A stretch of 35,205 nt of DNA from Candidatus Nomurabacteria bacterium (GCA_943350065.1 CALQZZ010000001.1:1-35205); one strand, 5' to 3'. Counted from the stretch's first letter, positions 13,689 to 22,916 are shown. Made by a program: numbers and translations. Notes: a model not told the origin generated them from the letters alone.

Positions 13689-14359
13689 TATAACTCTTTC
13701 TTATAATTTAACCAATCATCAATCATGGCTTTAAAGTAGTTATCTTCTGTTTTGTATTCCTTTTTATATTCCGGAAAAAATTTAGGACTTGTAATTAAAA
13801 AGTCTTTTTTAAGGTGTTCTCCTATACTTGAATATTTATAACTCAAAACAAAATCTTTTAAAGAATTAAAGTCTTTCGGACCGCTTTCTTTCCATTTTTT
13901 ATCTTTTAATTTAGCTGGATTTAAATGTATATAAGAATATAAATATCTCATATACACATCGTCATCTACATATTCTGACTTAAATACTCCCTGAAAAAGA
14001 GCACCACTTCTTTTATTTTTATTATTAAAATACATAGAATAGGCAGTCTGTAGTTTTAACATAAATTTAGAAATACCATCTTTTGTTAATGGGGTAATAA
14101 GTAAATGAAAATGATTTGGCATTAAACAATAAGCTCCGATAGCTACAATTGGATCTTTATTTTTTTCTTGTAAAAGCTCATTAAAGGAATTTCCTTTTAA
14201 TAAGTCTCTGATTTTTAGATTCTGTTTAGTGTTTAAAATATGCATCAACAAAACAAATCTATTGTAATCATAGGTATTAGTAAAAATAATTCTTTTATCT
14301 ACACCACGATTGTAGACATGGTAGTAATGATCTTCAATTAATTTATGTCGTCTTTCCAT
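13688..14359 (-). CDS. IS200-like Y1 (HUH) transposase, RAYT-like (REP-associated tyrosine transposase)
   Basis: YHVYNRG, HUH motif in CLMPNHFHLLITP, catalytic Tyr context YLYSYIHLNPAK. 223 aa. Flanked on both sides by mutually inverted 12-13 bp stem hairpins. Confidence 0.85.
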   Translation of the reverse strand: MERRHKLIEDHYYHVYNRGVDKRIIFTNTYDYNRFVLLMHILNTKQNLKIRDLLKGNSFNELLQEKNKDPIVAIGAYCLMPNHFHLLITPLTKDGISKFMLKLQTAYSMYFNNKNKRSGALFQGVFKSEYVDDDVYMRYLYSYIHLNPAKLKDKKWKESGPKDFNSLKDFVLSYKYSSIGEHLKKDFLITSPKFFPEYKKEYKTEDNYFKAMIDDWLNYKKEL

Positions 14360-14365
14360 TTAATT

Positions 14366-14374
14366 ATTGTATCA
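14366..14374 (-). promoter_or_regulatory. extended -10 TGaTACAAT, 6 nt before the RAYT ATG (leaderless)
   Basis: Minus-strand reading: TGATACAAT-aattaa-ATG. Confidence 0.55.
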
Positions 14375-14385
14375 TGAGCAAATAG

Positions 14386-14412
14386 AAATACACAGGGGAA
14401 CCCTGTGTATTT
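14386..14412. repeat. REP-like hairpin, right copy (inverted relative to the left copy)
   Basis: Perfect 12-bp stem. The loop GAA is the complement of the left loop TTC. Confidence 0.85.
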
Positions 14413-14432
14413 GTTGATAAAAATAACTGACT

Positions 14433-14441
14433 TGCTATAAT
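14433..14441 (+). promoter_or_regulatory. extended -10 TGcTATAAT, 6 nt before the comM ATG (leaderless)
   Basis: TGCTATAAT-ttatat-ATG. Confidence 0.6.
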
Positions 14442-14447
14442 TTATAT

Positions 14448-16025
14448 ATGAGTTTTGCAAAAGTTTATTCTGCGCAAATTAATTTACTCACCGGCACGAT
14501 TGTCACAATAGAGACAGACCTCTCTCGAGGTTTAAATGCTTTTACAATTGTCGGGTTACCTGACAAAGCTGTAGATGAAGCGCGCGACCGAGTAGGGAGC
14601 GCGCTTAAAAATTCTGGTTACGAATCTCCAAAAAGTAAAAATCAAAAAACTGTAGTGTCACTAGCACCAGCTGATTTGAAAAAAGAAGGACCATATTTTG
14701 ACCTCGGTATTGCTGTCGCATATTTACTAGCGACAAATGAAATAAAATTCAAATCAGAAAACAAAATTTTCTTAGGTGAGCTATCACTAAATGGAGATTT
14801 AAAAAGTATTCGTGGAGTTTTACCACTCGTCCAAGAAGCAAAAAAGCAAGGATTTGAAGAAATTTATTTACCATCAGAAAATGCGCTAGAGGCAGCACTC
14901 GTCGAAGGAATAAAAATTTTTGGTGCTGATACTTTAAAACAAGTTATTGAACATATAGACCAGACACCCCATCGTCTTGATAATAATCAAGACACTTCCC
15001 CTTCGCAGGGGAAGAAAAATACTATTCCTCTCCAACCAAAAACAGAAATAGTTTTTGAAAAAGTTATTACTAATGCAGACTTTTCAGATATTCGCGGACA
15101 AGAGGGTGCAAAGAGAGGATTGGAAATTGCTGCCGCGGGTGGACACAACATAGCTATGTCTGGCCCACCCGGCACAGGAAAGACAATGCTCGCGCGAGCC
15201 TTTAGTGGATTGCTTCCTGATCTCAGTATCGACGAAGTTTTAGAAATTACCGGAATACATTCTATTGTCGGTGCGAACGGCGGTGAGCTAGTAAAAAATC
15301 CACCCTTCCGTGCCCCGCATCACACTTCATCTTATGTCTCACTTATTGGAGGAGGAACTTTCCCAAAACCAGGTGAAGTTACTCTCGCACATCGTGGAGT
15401 TTTATTTCTCGATGAATTTCCAGAATTTGATAAGAGAGTGATGGAGTCTTTACGCCAACCACTCGAAGACAATATCGTCACAATCTCTCGTGCAAAAGGC
15501 ACAGCAGTTTTTCCATCCAATTTTATTTTAGTCGCGGCTATGAATCCTTGCCCATGTGGAAACCAAGGAAATAAACAAAAAGCTTGTATCTGTAAACAAA
15601 ATGATTTGGATAGATACAAGAGAAAACTTTCAGGACCGATAATGGACCGTATAGATTTATGGATCACTGTCAGCAATATTGATTACAAAAAACTTGGAGA
15701 AGTAGGTGATGGAGAAAAAAGTAATACTATTCGTGAAAGAGTAGAAAGTGCTAGAAAAATTCAAAAAGAAAGATTTCAAAAAGCTGGCAGAAAAATAAAT
15801 TCAAATAGTGAAATGAATGTAAAAGATTTAACATTACTTATTAAACTAACAGACGAAGTTCGTAATTTACTAGAAGAAAGTTCTGAACGATTAGCTCTTT
15901 CAGCTCGTGCTTATCATCGTGTCATAAAAATAGCCCGCACGATTGCGGACTTGGAAAATTCTATTGAAATTGAGAAGCATCACATCCTCGAAGCAATACA
16001 GTATAGACCAAAAGTACAAAATTAA
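14448..16025 (+). CDS. comM: Mg-chelatase-like AAA+ protein ComM/YifB
   Basis: N-terminal Lon-protease-like domain, Walker A GPPGTGKTMLA, Walker B VLFLDEFPEF, zinc-ribbon-like CPCGNQGNKQKACIC, C-terminal Mg-chelatase subunit ChlI-like tail. Confidence 0.9.
   Translation: MSFAKVYSAQINLLTGTIVTIETDLSRGLNAFTIVGLPDKAVDEARDRVGSALKNSGYESPKSKNQKTVVSLAPADLKKEGPYFDLGIAVAYLLATNEIKFKSENKIFLGELSLNGDLKSIRGVLPLVQEAKKQGFEEIYLPSENALEAALVEGIKIFGADTLKQVIEHIDQTPHRLDNNQDTSPSQGKKNTIPLQPKTEIVFEKVITNADFSDIRGQEGAKRGLEIAAAGGHNIAMSGPPGTGKTMLARAFSGLLPDLSIDEVLEITGIHSIVGANGGELVKNPPFRAPHHTSSYVSLIGGGTFPKPGEVTLAHRGVLFLDEFPEFDKRVMESLRQPLEDNIVTISRAKGTAVFPSNFILVAAMNPCPCGNQGNKQKACICKQNDLDRYKRKLSGPIMDRIDLWITVSNIDYKKLGEVGDGEKSNTIRERVESARKIQKERFQKAGRKINSNSEMNVKDLTLLIKLTDEVRNLLEESSERLALSARAYHRVIKIARTIADLENSIEIEKHHILEAIQYRPKVQN
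14962..15030. repeat. repeat-family-like GC-rich double hairpin inside comM (in frame)
   Basis: ACACCCC...TCTTGAT-AATA-ATCAAGA (14975-14992) and CTTCCCCT-TCGC-AGGGGAAG (14995-15014). Encodes QTPHRLDNNQDTSPSQGKKN in the linker before the AAA+ domain. Confidence 0.65.
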
Positions 16026-16028
16026 ATA

Positions 16029-16066
16029 AAAAAAATCTTTACAAAACTGTAAAGATTTTTTTTATT
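16029..16066. terminator. bidirectional terminator between comM and the M23 peptidase gene
   Basis: AAATCTTTACA-AAAC-TGTAAAGATTT, flanked by A8 and T8 runs. Confidence 0.85.
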
Positions 16067-17189
16067 TTGCCCAAGACCTATCCCAACCTGGATTCCAACC
16101 TCCACGTACTTCAAAGTGTAAATGATTACCGAAAGAGTGGCCCGTATTACCGACATAACCGATGACTTGTCCTTGGTAAACATTATCCCCAATAGAGACA
16201 TTTAATTTTGATTGGTGAGCATAATATGTCTGCATTCCATTTGGATGTTGAATAATGACCAAGTTTCCAAATCCACCATTTTTACCATTTCGAGCAAAGA
16301 TTACTCTTCCAGCTGCGGCTGCATGTATAGGTGTACCAGCCACGTGACAACTAAGGTCCACAGCAGTACCATCATGTCTACCTTGAGTAGTATCACATCC
16401 AGGAAGAGGGTTCACGAAGTATCCTTCACTAGACCTCATTTGAGATTTATTTTTATTTGAAGGCAAACGTCCTCCTTGTTTTACTTTTTTACTAGTAGAA
16501 ATACTACCCTTAACCTCAGCTCCAGGAATCACAAGCTCATCACCTACAGTAATACCATTCTCTCCAATATCGTTAAAAGAGGTAATATCTTCTACTTCTA
16601 CACCATAAAGCTTTGCAATACCTTTCAAGGTTTGACCTTTTGTGACCACATGCACAACTCCAGAAACTGGGGGAATAAGCCAAACATCACCTTCAACCGG
16701 TGTTGCTCCTTTTTTAAGATCATTGGCCCAGACGATAGTATTAGCAGAAATATCAAACATTTTAGCAATATCAGCCACGGTATCTCCTTTTCGAACGACA
16801 TAGACACTGATTTGATCAGCAGAAAGATCAGCTTCATCAGAACTTGTTCCCATAGCACTAGTAGCAGGAAGAAGGGCATTATCTGAGAGAATGTTTACAT
16901 CGGTATCTGCTTTTATAGAGTTTTTATCTTTTGAATCGACGACAGAGATAGCAGAGATATTTGCTTCTAAGGCTGTGTTTTGAGCATTATTACCATTTAA
17001 AATAGAATTATCAGCAGAAACTGGAGACCCCAATACTATATCTGAAAGGAAACTAGCCTTTACGTCAATAGGCGCCAAAACAACCCCAAACACTAAGAAA
17101 AGGGCTAAAATAGGAGAAATAATTTTAAATTGAGTATTATTCATAAGATATAAAGGCTTTTCTAGCATTCGGTCATGTCTTTCGTGCAT
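16062..17189 (-). CDS. secreted LysM-LysM-M23 peptidoglycan endopeptidase
   Basis: Two LysM repeats (YVVRKGDTVADIAKMF..; HVVTKGQTLKGIAKLY..) and an M23 catalytic domain (GRHDGTAVD; GNTGHSFGNHLHFEV). The true start may be the internal ATG at 17144 (MNNTQFKIISPILALFLVF = signal peptide). Confidence 0.9.
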   Translation of the reverse strand: MHERHDRMLEKPLYLMNNTQFKIISPILALFLVFGVVLAPIDVKASFLSDIVLGSPVSADNSILNGNNAQNTALEANISAISVVDSKDKNSIKADTDVNILSDNALLPATSAMGTSSDEADLSADQISVYVVRKGDTVADIAKMFDISANTIVWANDLKKGATPVEGDVWLIPPVSGVVHVVTKGQTLKGIAKLYGVEVEDITSFNDIGENGITVGDELVIPGAEVKGSISTSKKVKQGGRLPSNKNKSQMRSSEGYFVNPLPGCDTTQGRHDGTAVDLSCHVAGTPIHAAAAGRVIFARNGKNGGFGNLVIIQHPNGMQTYYAHQSKLNVSIGDNVYQGQVIGYVGNTGHSFGNHLHFEVRGGWNPGWDRSWAK

Positions 17190-17256
17190 CTAATCTGTAC
17201 TTATTAAGGATAGCTCTTTAGGTGCCTAGAGTCAATGGGGCTGTGCAAAACTATCC

Positions 17257-17285
17257 TTGACAAATCAAGATAAAAGGTATATAAT
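17257..17285 (+). promoter_or_regulatory. consensus sigma70 promoter TTGACA-N17-TATAAT for the 17353-23222 gene set
   Basis: TTGACA 17257-17262, 17-nt spacer, TATAAT 17280-17285. Confidence 0.7.
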
Positions 17286-17352
17286 ATAAAGATATCAGAG
17301 CTCAAAAAATTAGGTATTATTAGTGATAAGTTTTATAATATATTCATATAAA

Positions 17353-18006
17353 ATGCCAAAAGAAAAAATTACAACATCTAATACAGTAGACGCTACCGAA
17401 GTCCAAATAGACCCACTTGAATTACTCAAAGACAAATGGGGTGCTAATAATTCAAATTCCAACAAAAATAAACAAAACAGTCAAAAACTAGCAAAAGTTG
17501 ACAACAGTCTGCCTAAAAAATTAAAATCTAAGATAGAGGAACAGGAAAATCTGAAAACAAAAAGAGATGAGATAGAAACAAGATTTAGCAAATTAAACTA
17601 TCCAAAAAATTTAGCCAGAACACTTTCAATTCAAAAGAAAGAGGCTTTGCTGTTAAAAGTAGAAGAAAACAAAAAAAATCAACAAACAAAAAAAGAAGGT
17701 GCGGAAAAATCAAAAGCTCAAATGAAAGCTTTTGAAGAAAATAAAAAGGCTGGTAAAGTAAGTTCTACTGAAGAAAAAGTAGAAAAATTATCTCGTATAT
17801 TATTCCCAAGACAAGAATTAATAAAACAATTACCAGATGAAGACATTGAAGAATGGAGAAAATACTACCAAGAACAACTGAAAGATGAAAGTTTAAGTGA
17901 CGAGATGAAGGAAAGATATTTAAAAAAACTAAAAACAATCAGAGAGTACAAAGAATTTATCGACGAAGTAGAAGTTGCTAAAAAAATTATTATCAAAAAA
18001 GAATGA
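17353..18006 (+). CDS. hypothetical Lys/Glu-rich coiled-coil-like protein
   Basis: Track ORF starts at GTG 17323; ATG 17353 (MPKEKITTS) preferred. Ends at TGA 18004-18006, which is followed by 39 more in-frame sense codons of the same composition. Confidence 0.6.
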   Translation: MPKEKITTSNTVDATEVQIDPLELLKDKWGANNSNSNKNKQNSQKLAKVDNSLPKKLKSKIEEQENLKTKRDEIETRFSKLNYPKNLARTLSIQKKEALLLKVEENKKNQQTKKEGAEKSKAQMKAFEENKKAGKVSSTEEKVEKLSRILFPRQELIKQLPDEDIEEWRKYYQEQLKDESLSDEMKERYLKKLKTIREYKEFIDEVEVAKKIIIKKE

Positions 18007-18127
18007 GAGGAGGACAAAGAGGAAATATTAGAAATGCTACTTAAAAAAGTCGAGGCTAAAAAAAGAGAGGAGAGGGAGAAAAAAAGAGAAGCTGGTTTAT
18101 TAAAAGATTTAAAACCTAAAAAATAAT

Positions 18128-21100
18128 ATGTCAGAACAACCACCAAAAGTTCGCACAATAGAAGAAATAAATACAGAAATAAAAAATCTGCGTTTAAATC
18201 CTAAAAAACTAAAAATGGATGTTTTGGACCTACAATTACTCGCCTTAGAGAGAGAACTCAAACAAGCTAAGAACTTGGAGCAGAGTAAAGCTAAAAAAGA
18301 AAAAGAATACAAATCTGTAACCAAAAATTACACAATACAAAATTCTAAAGAAAAAGAAACTGAAATTTTACCAGGTCTGATGATCGATGGGGTAGTAATA
18401 GGACCAAACGATAAAATATTAGGCCCAAAAACTTTTAAACAAGGTAATACTTATTTTTCAATACCAGAATCAAAAATAATTTCAAAAAAGAAAAACAAAA
18501 AAGAAAAGAAACAAGTAAATAAAATTGTCATCGAAAAAGAATTGGAAAATCTGACAAAAGGACGAAGTGTTTGGTCTAACGACAGGACAAATGGTGGAAA
18601 ATATATTATAAATGAAACTCCAGAAACAAGTAAAGATAAAAAATATGTCTTTAAAAAAGAAAATGGTAGTGTCTTTAGAATTTCTAGTGATGAATTAAAA
18701 AAATTAGTAAAAAACGAATCAATTCAATTGACTTTAACCGAAGAAGAATATAAATCAAAATCTCCAGCTACAAAAATAGCAACAGTTCCAGCGATTCCAG
18801 CGACACCCAAAGTCGCTACTGCTCCGACTATTGCAACCACTCCAGCCACCCCTGCGACAAAAATAAATAAAATTAAAACTCCAGAAGATGCAAAGAAAGA
18901 ATATCGTGATTTTATAAACAAAGCAGTAAAAGTCATCAAGCAAAGAGGAATAGATAGAATAGTCATTCATGGAGACGAATTTAAATTACAACCCCACCCA
19001 AAAGCAAAAGATATGGGTCAAGAGGAATTAAAAGAATATAGAGAACAAAAAGAAAAAGAATGGCTTGATTCACAATACGAAACCAATGACTTCGACCTAG
19101 ACCTCGAAGGTTCTATGTTGTTTCTCAATAATATGGCTAGTGGAAACAAAAAGATTTTAAACGATAAATTATTTTTAGAAAAAATTTCTAAAGGATCAGA
19201 AGGTTTAAAATATCCACTCCGTAATAAAGAAGTAATACTATATATAGACGTCGGAGGTAAAAATCCTGGAGTAGAGACAGAAGGAGGAGTGACAAAAATT
19301 TATGCTGATCATCATGGTACAGAAGGTGGCTACACCACTTCAGCTACACAAATAGTGCGAGATATAATGACAGCCGGAAAGTTTTCTCTCGGAGACTCTA
19401 AGACAAAAGAATATTTAAATAAAACAGCCAGCTTTATAGCAAAGTTTGATAATTTGGCATATCTTGATGATAAAAAAGATTCGAGAGATCCAAAGAGTGA
19501 GAGACTAGTGGATGAAAAATATTTACGAAATACTTTCCCACGAAGTCTATATTCACTTGCAAAGTTTTTACCATTTGAAACTGTTTTAGAAATTCTCGGC
19601 AAGAATGAGAAATATTTTAAAGACGGAAAACCTCGCGACTGGGCAAATACTTTTACACGCGAAGAAATAGAAAATGGAGAAATTGGAAAAATGGAAGTAG
19701 ATTACCGAGGTAAAAAAATTACTGTCAAAGAATTAGTTGAAAGAAATATTAAAGATTTAAATTATGCAATAAACAACACAAACATAGCACTAAAGTATCA
19801 AGGAAATAATACAGACTCTGTTCTCGGCAAGACCGTATTTCATGCTTTTACAAAAGATACAGATGGTAAATCTAATACTATTCCAAATCACCTGGCTTAT
19901 ATCACTGCTCGTGCATTGGGTAATGATGCTTTTGTTTCTTACAATCCAGAAAGTGGAGCGATATTTATAAACTCAGATGGAAAAGTAGATTTAATGCCTA
20001 TTTGGGAAAAATTGAATGCAATAATTCCTGGCTATCCAAAACCAATTCGTAACCAAATGATGTTTGCTCCAAAAGACCCTGAAATGAAGAAAAAAATGAA
20101 AGATATTTCACAAGAAAAAATTCTTGAGATTTTAGGAATGAAGGAAAATAACACAACAAAAGAAAATCTAGAAAAAAGAAGCTTAGATGAAATAGTCAAA
20201 ACATATCTTTCATACATAGAGACAGCAAAAACCCCTGCTGATTTTAAAAGAATTCACGAAGCAACATACAATAAGGACGGAAGCATGAAAGCAGAAAATA
20301 TAAAATATGGTGAAACTTTAAAAGAAATTTTAAACACAAAAGAAAGTAAAGAATCTCTTGAAAAAGCAAAAGGCTTAATTAGAGAAAACTTTACAAAAGC
20401 AATGATAGCACTTAATTATACTCCTACAATATATGGATTAAATGATACTTGGATATATTGGGATATAGCAAAACAGAAATATTTAACTACTCATAAAAAT
20501 GAATCAAGTAAAAACTACAAACTTGGTGATCCGTTGCAGTTTGAATCTAAAAATATAGATGCTCAAAGAGTCGCACAAGAAATAGCTGATAGACATATCG
20601 GTTGGGAAATTTTTGGTCTTGTTAAGAATATGGCAGTATTACAAAATATTTCTGTAGAAGAAGTTATAAATAGACCAAATACGTTAGTTGATAAAAATGG
20701 ACCTTTCTTTAAAGAAATCTTGGATATTCTAAAAGAATCAATTCCTGCAGACAAAAATCAAAGCTCTTTATTGCCTTCATGGAAATTAGCTAAACTAGGA
20801 GAATACTTAAGAAAAAATAAAGGAGTTGATGGAATATTTGAAAAAGACATAACTGCTGACATAAAAAAAGACATCAATGCAAAAATTGATGACAAGGATA
20901 AAAAGAAGGATGACAAAAAAGAACAACCTAAAGGACCGACGGCTGAACAAATAGCTCAAAGAGAAAGGGAAATGGCCGTAAGACTACAAGCTGTGGCTAC
21001 TGCTCGTGAGACTTTATTCCAAATTAAAAACGAACCGGAAAGTGCATGGAGTAAATTCAAAGGTTGGTTTAATGCTAAGAGTACAGAAAAGCAAACAAAA

Positions 21101-22897
21101 ATAACTAATCAAGAAAAAATTTATCATGATGCCAAAAAAGCATATATAGAAATGCTACCAAAGGGAACACCTGAGGCTAATCTTTTTATTCTTTCTGAAG
21201 TAGAAATTGTCAGAAACCATAAAACAGAAAATCTTCCACTTTCTGAAAAAATTAAAAATGGAATTTCAAAAGGAGTAAAATATTGGGAAGAAATCGGTAC
21301 TAATCCAGAAGACAGTAAGACAAAACAATGGGCTAAAAAAATAGGAAAGAGTTTGATTGCTGTCGCAATTATTGGTGGAGCTTCAGCTGCGGCAGTCAGT
21401 AGTCTGGCTGCGATCGGAGTAGGTACTGCCAGTGCACTTTCTGCTGGAGCAGGTTCATATCTCGGTAGAAAAATGCTAATGACTGTCGGAATGAGTTCTG
21501 TAATGACCATCATGCCACCTGGAGTAAAATCATTCTTATCAATGGCCTTACCAATGATGAGTGTCGCAGGTGGAGCAGGATATCTAGCATCAAAAGGAGC
21601 ACAGTTTGCAATGAACAAATGGTTTGGTTTTAGTGAAGAATCTATAAAATCAAAACTAGATACAGAAATTAATAAGTTAAAAAATCCCGACCTAAATAGT
21701 AATGAATCTTTGGACGACAAAATAAAAAGAATTGAAAAAGAATATGCAACGATAGAAAAATCTGCAAAACAAAAAAGATTTGGTAGAAGATTGATGAGTG
21801 GAGTTGCAGCTCTAGGTACCGGTATTGCTGTTTTGGAATATGGAGGATATAAAATGGACGAACATAATGCCGAACTAGCTCACGCACAACAAATAAAAAA
21901 TGAAGAGCTACAACATTTCAATCCTAATACAAAAGAAGTCGATCCTGCTTTTGCTGGTAGAGAATATCCACAAGGAGAACATGGAATAAATACCAAAGTA
22001 GAATTCAGTTCTCGTGGTGCGATAGCGACACTAGATGATTTGAAAGGAGGGCTGACAAAACAATATCATGGAGATTTTTCTCATGCACCACAAAGTGTGC
22101 AAGATTTTATGCACACCAGCTCTACAGAAGAAGCAATGAAACTCGGAATGTTTCATCCTAATGATCCTACTGGAAATGAAAGCATGATGATTATGCGAGG
22201 CTCTACTATTAGCTTTGATGAGCATGGAAATTTGTCATATCACGACATTCAAAAAAATATTGATCATACATTGATAGAAGGAGATAAAAATGCGATAGAA
22301 CAATATAAAGGAAATATGTTTGATTCAGATCAAAACTCTGAAACTGAAAATCAAACAGAAAATGCCAATTCACCAGAAGAACAAAATTTTCAAAATGAAA
22401 CAGTAGGTGAAAACAATCAAGAAAATAATAATGAAGTCACGACAGACAATCCAAATATGACTTATGACGAAGAAGCAGAAAAAGAAACTCCTATTAATCC
22501 TGAACATTCTGACAACACAAACAATGAAACACAATCAGAAGAAATAACACAAACAGAAGACACTGCACATTTTGGACTCACCGAAGATCAATTAAAAGAT
22601 GTACAGTTAGTCCATAATGAAAATGTTGATAAGTTATTTGACAATGCGAACAATTGGAATGCTGTAAAAGATCAACCAGCAGAAGTTTATGCACACGAAC
22701 AACTTGATGGTGTAAACCCTGAGTACCAAGACTTTGTAAAACATTTACATGAATTATTAGAAAAAAGTGGAATAGAACCTAGACCCGGAACGCTTATTAA
22801 TTCAGCAGAAACAAATGATCAATATATAGAAAGAGCTTTAGAAAAATTAGCCTCCGAAGATAGATTAGAAGAAGTGACATTAACACAACATTATTAA
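18128..22897 (+). CDS. giant (1589 aa) membrane protein with DHH-phosphoesterase-like motifs and low-complexity linkers
   Basis: Single uninterrupted ORF. Lys-rich N-terminus, Pro/Thr/Ala linker (nt 18778-18852), IVIHGDEF / YIDVGG / IYADHHGTEGGYTTSATQIV (DHH at nt 19307-19315). Gly/Ala-rich TM helices at about nt 21340-21610 and 21790-21850. Asn/Glu/Gln-rich acidic tail at about nt 22320-22560. Confidence 0.8.
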   Translation: MSEQPPKVRTIEEINTEIKNLRLNPKKLKMDVLDLQLLALERELKQAKNLEQSKAKKEKEYKSVTKNYTIQNSKEKETEILPGLMIDGVVIGPNDKILGPKTFKQGNTYFSIPESKIISKKKNKKEKKQVNKIVIEKELENLTKGRSVWSNDRTNGGKYIINETPETSKDKKYVFKKENGSVFRISSDELKKLVKNESIQLTLTEEEYKSKSPATKIATVPAIPATPKVATAPTIATTPATPATKINKIKTPEDAKKEYRDFINKAVKVIKQRGIDRIVIHGDEFKLQPHPKAKDMGQEELKEYREQKEKEWLDSQYETNDFDLDLEGSMLFLNNMASGNKKILNDKLFLEKISKGSEGLKYPLRNKEVILYIDVGGKNPGVETEGGVTKIYADHHGTEGGYTTSATQIVRDIMTAGKFSLGDSKTKEYLNKTASFIAKFDNLAYLDDKKDSRDPKSERLVDEKYLRNTFPRSLYSLAKFLPFETVLEILGKNEKYFKDGKPRDWANTFTREEIENGEIGKMEVDYRGKKITVKELVERNIKDLNYAINNTNIALKYQGNNTDSVLGKTVFHAFTKDTDGKSNTIPNHLAYITARALGNDAFVSYNPESGAIFINSDGKVDLMPIWEKLNAIIPGYPKPIRNQMMFAPKDPEMKKKMKDISQEKILEILGMKENNTTKENLEKRSLDEIVKTYLSYIETAKTPADFKRIHEATYNKDGSMKAENIKYGETLKEILNTKESKESLEKAKGLIRENFTKAMIALNYTPTIYGLNDTWIYWDIAKQKYLTTHKNESSKNYKLGDPLQFESKNIDAQRVAQEIADRHIGWEIFGLVKNMAVLQNISVEEVINRPNTLVDKNGPFFKEILDILKESIPADKNQSSLLPSWKLAKLGEYLRKNKGVDGIFEKDITADIKKDINAKIDDKDKKKDDKKEQPKGPTAEQIAQREREMAVRLQAVATARETLFQIKNEPESAWSKFKGWFNAKSTEKQTKITNQEKIYHDAKKAYIEMLPKGTPEANLFILSEVEIVRNHKTENLPLSEKIKNGISKGVKYWEEIGTNPEDSKTKQWAKKIGKSLIAVAIIGGASAAAVSSLAAIGVGTASALSAGAGSYLGRKMLMTVGMSSVMTIMPPGVKSFLSMALPMMSVAGGAGYLASKGAQFAMNKWFGFSEESIKSKLDTEINKLKNPDLNSNESLDDKIKRIEKEYATIEKSAKQKRFGRRLMSGVAALGTGIAVLEYGGYKMDEHNAELAHAQQIKNEELQHFNPNTKEVDPAFAGREYPQGEHGINTKVEFSSRGAIATLDDLKGGLTKQYHGDFSHAPQSVQDFMHTSSTEEAMKLGMFHPNDPTGNESMMIMRGSTISFDEHGNLSYHDIQKNIDHTLIEGDKNAIEQYKGNMFDSDQNSETENQTENANSPEEQNFQNETVGENNQENNNEVTTDNPNMTYDEEAEKETPINPEHSDNTNNETQSEEITQTEDTAHFGLTEDQLKDVQLVHNENVDKLFDNANNWNAVKDQPAEVYAHEQLDGVNPEYQDFVKHLHELLEKSGIEPRPGTLINSAETNDQYIERALEKLASEDRLEEVTLTQHY

Positions 22898-22916
22898 TTA
22901 ATAAAATAAAAATAAA

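Larger units (their letters stand above)
13660..14412 (-). mobile_element. RAYT gene with flanking inverted REP-like hairpins (REP-RAYT unit)
   Basis: Left hairpin AAAATACACAGGG-TTC-CCCTGTGTATTTT (13660-13688) is the exact reverse complement, including the loop, of the core of the right hairpin AAATACACAGGG-GAA-CCCTGTGTATTT (14386-14412). Confidence 0.75.

Noticed and set aside
21124-21720. 198-aa antisense ORF inside the giant gene, with similar cases at 9067..9516 and 15332..15676
   Set aside because: These are shadow ORFs opposite Gly/Ala-rich or conserved coding sequence. They have no start context, and the sense ORFs are uninterrupted and (for pnp and comM) homologous to known proteins.
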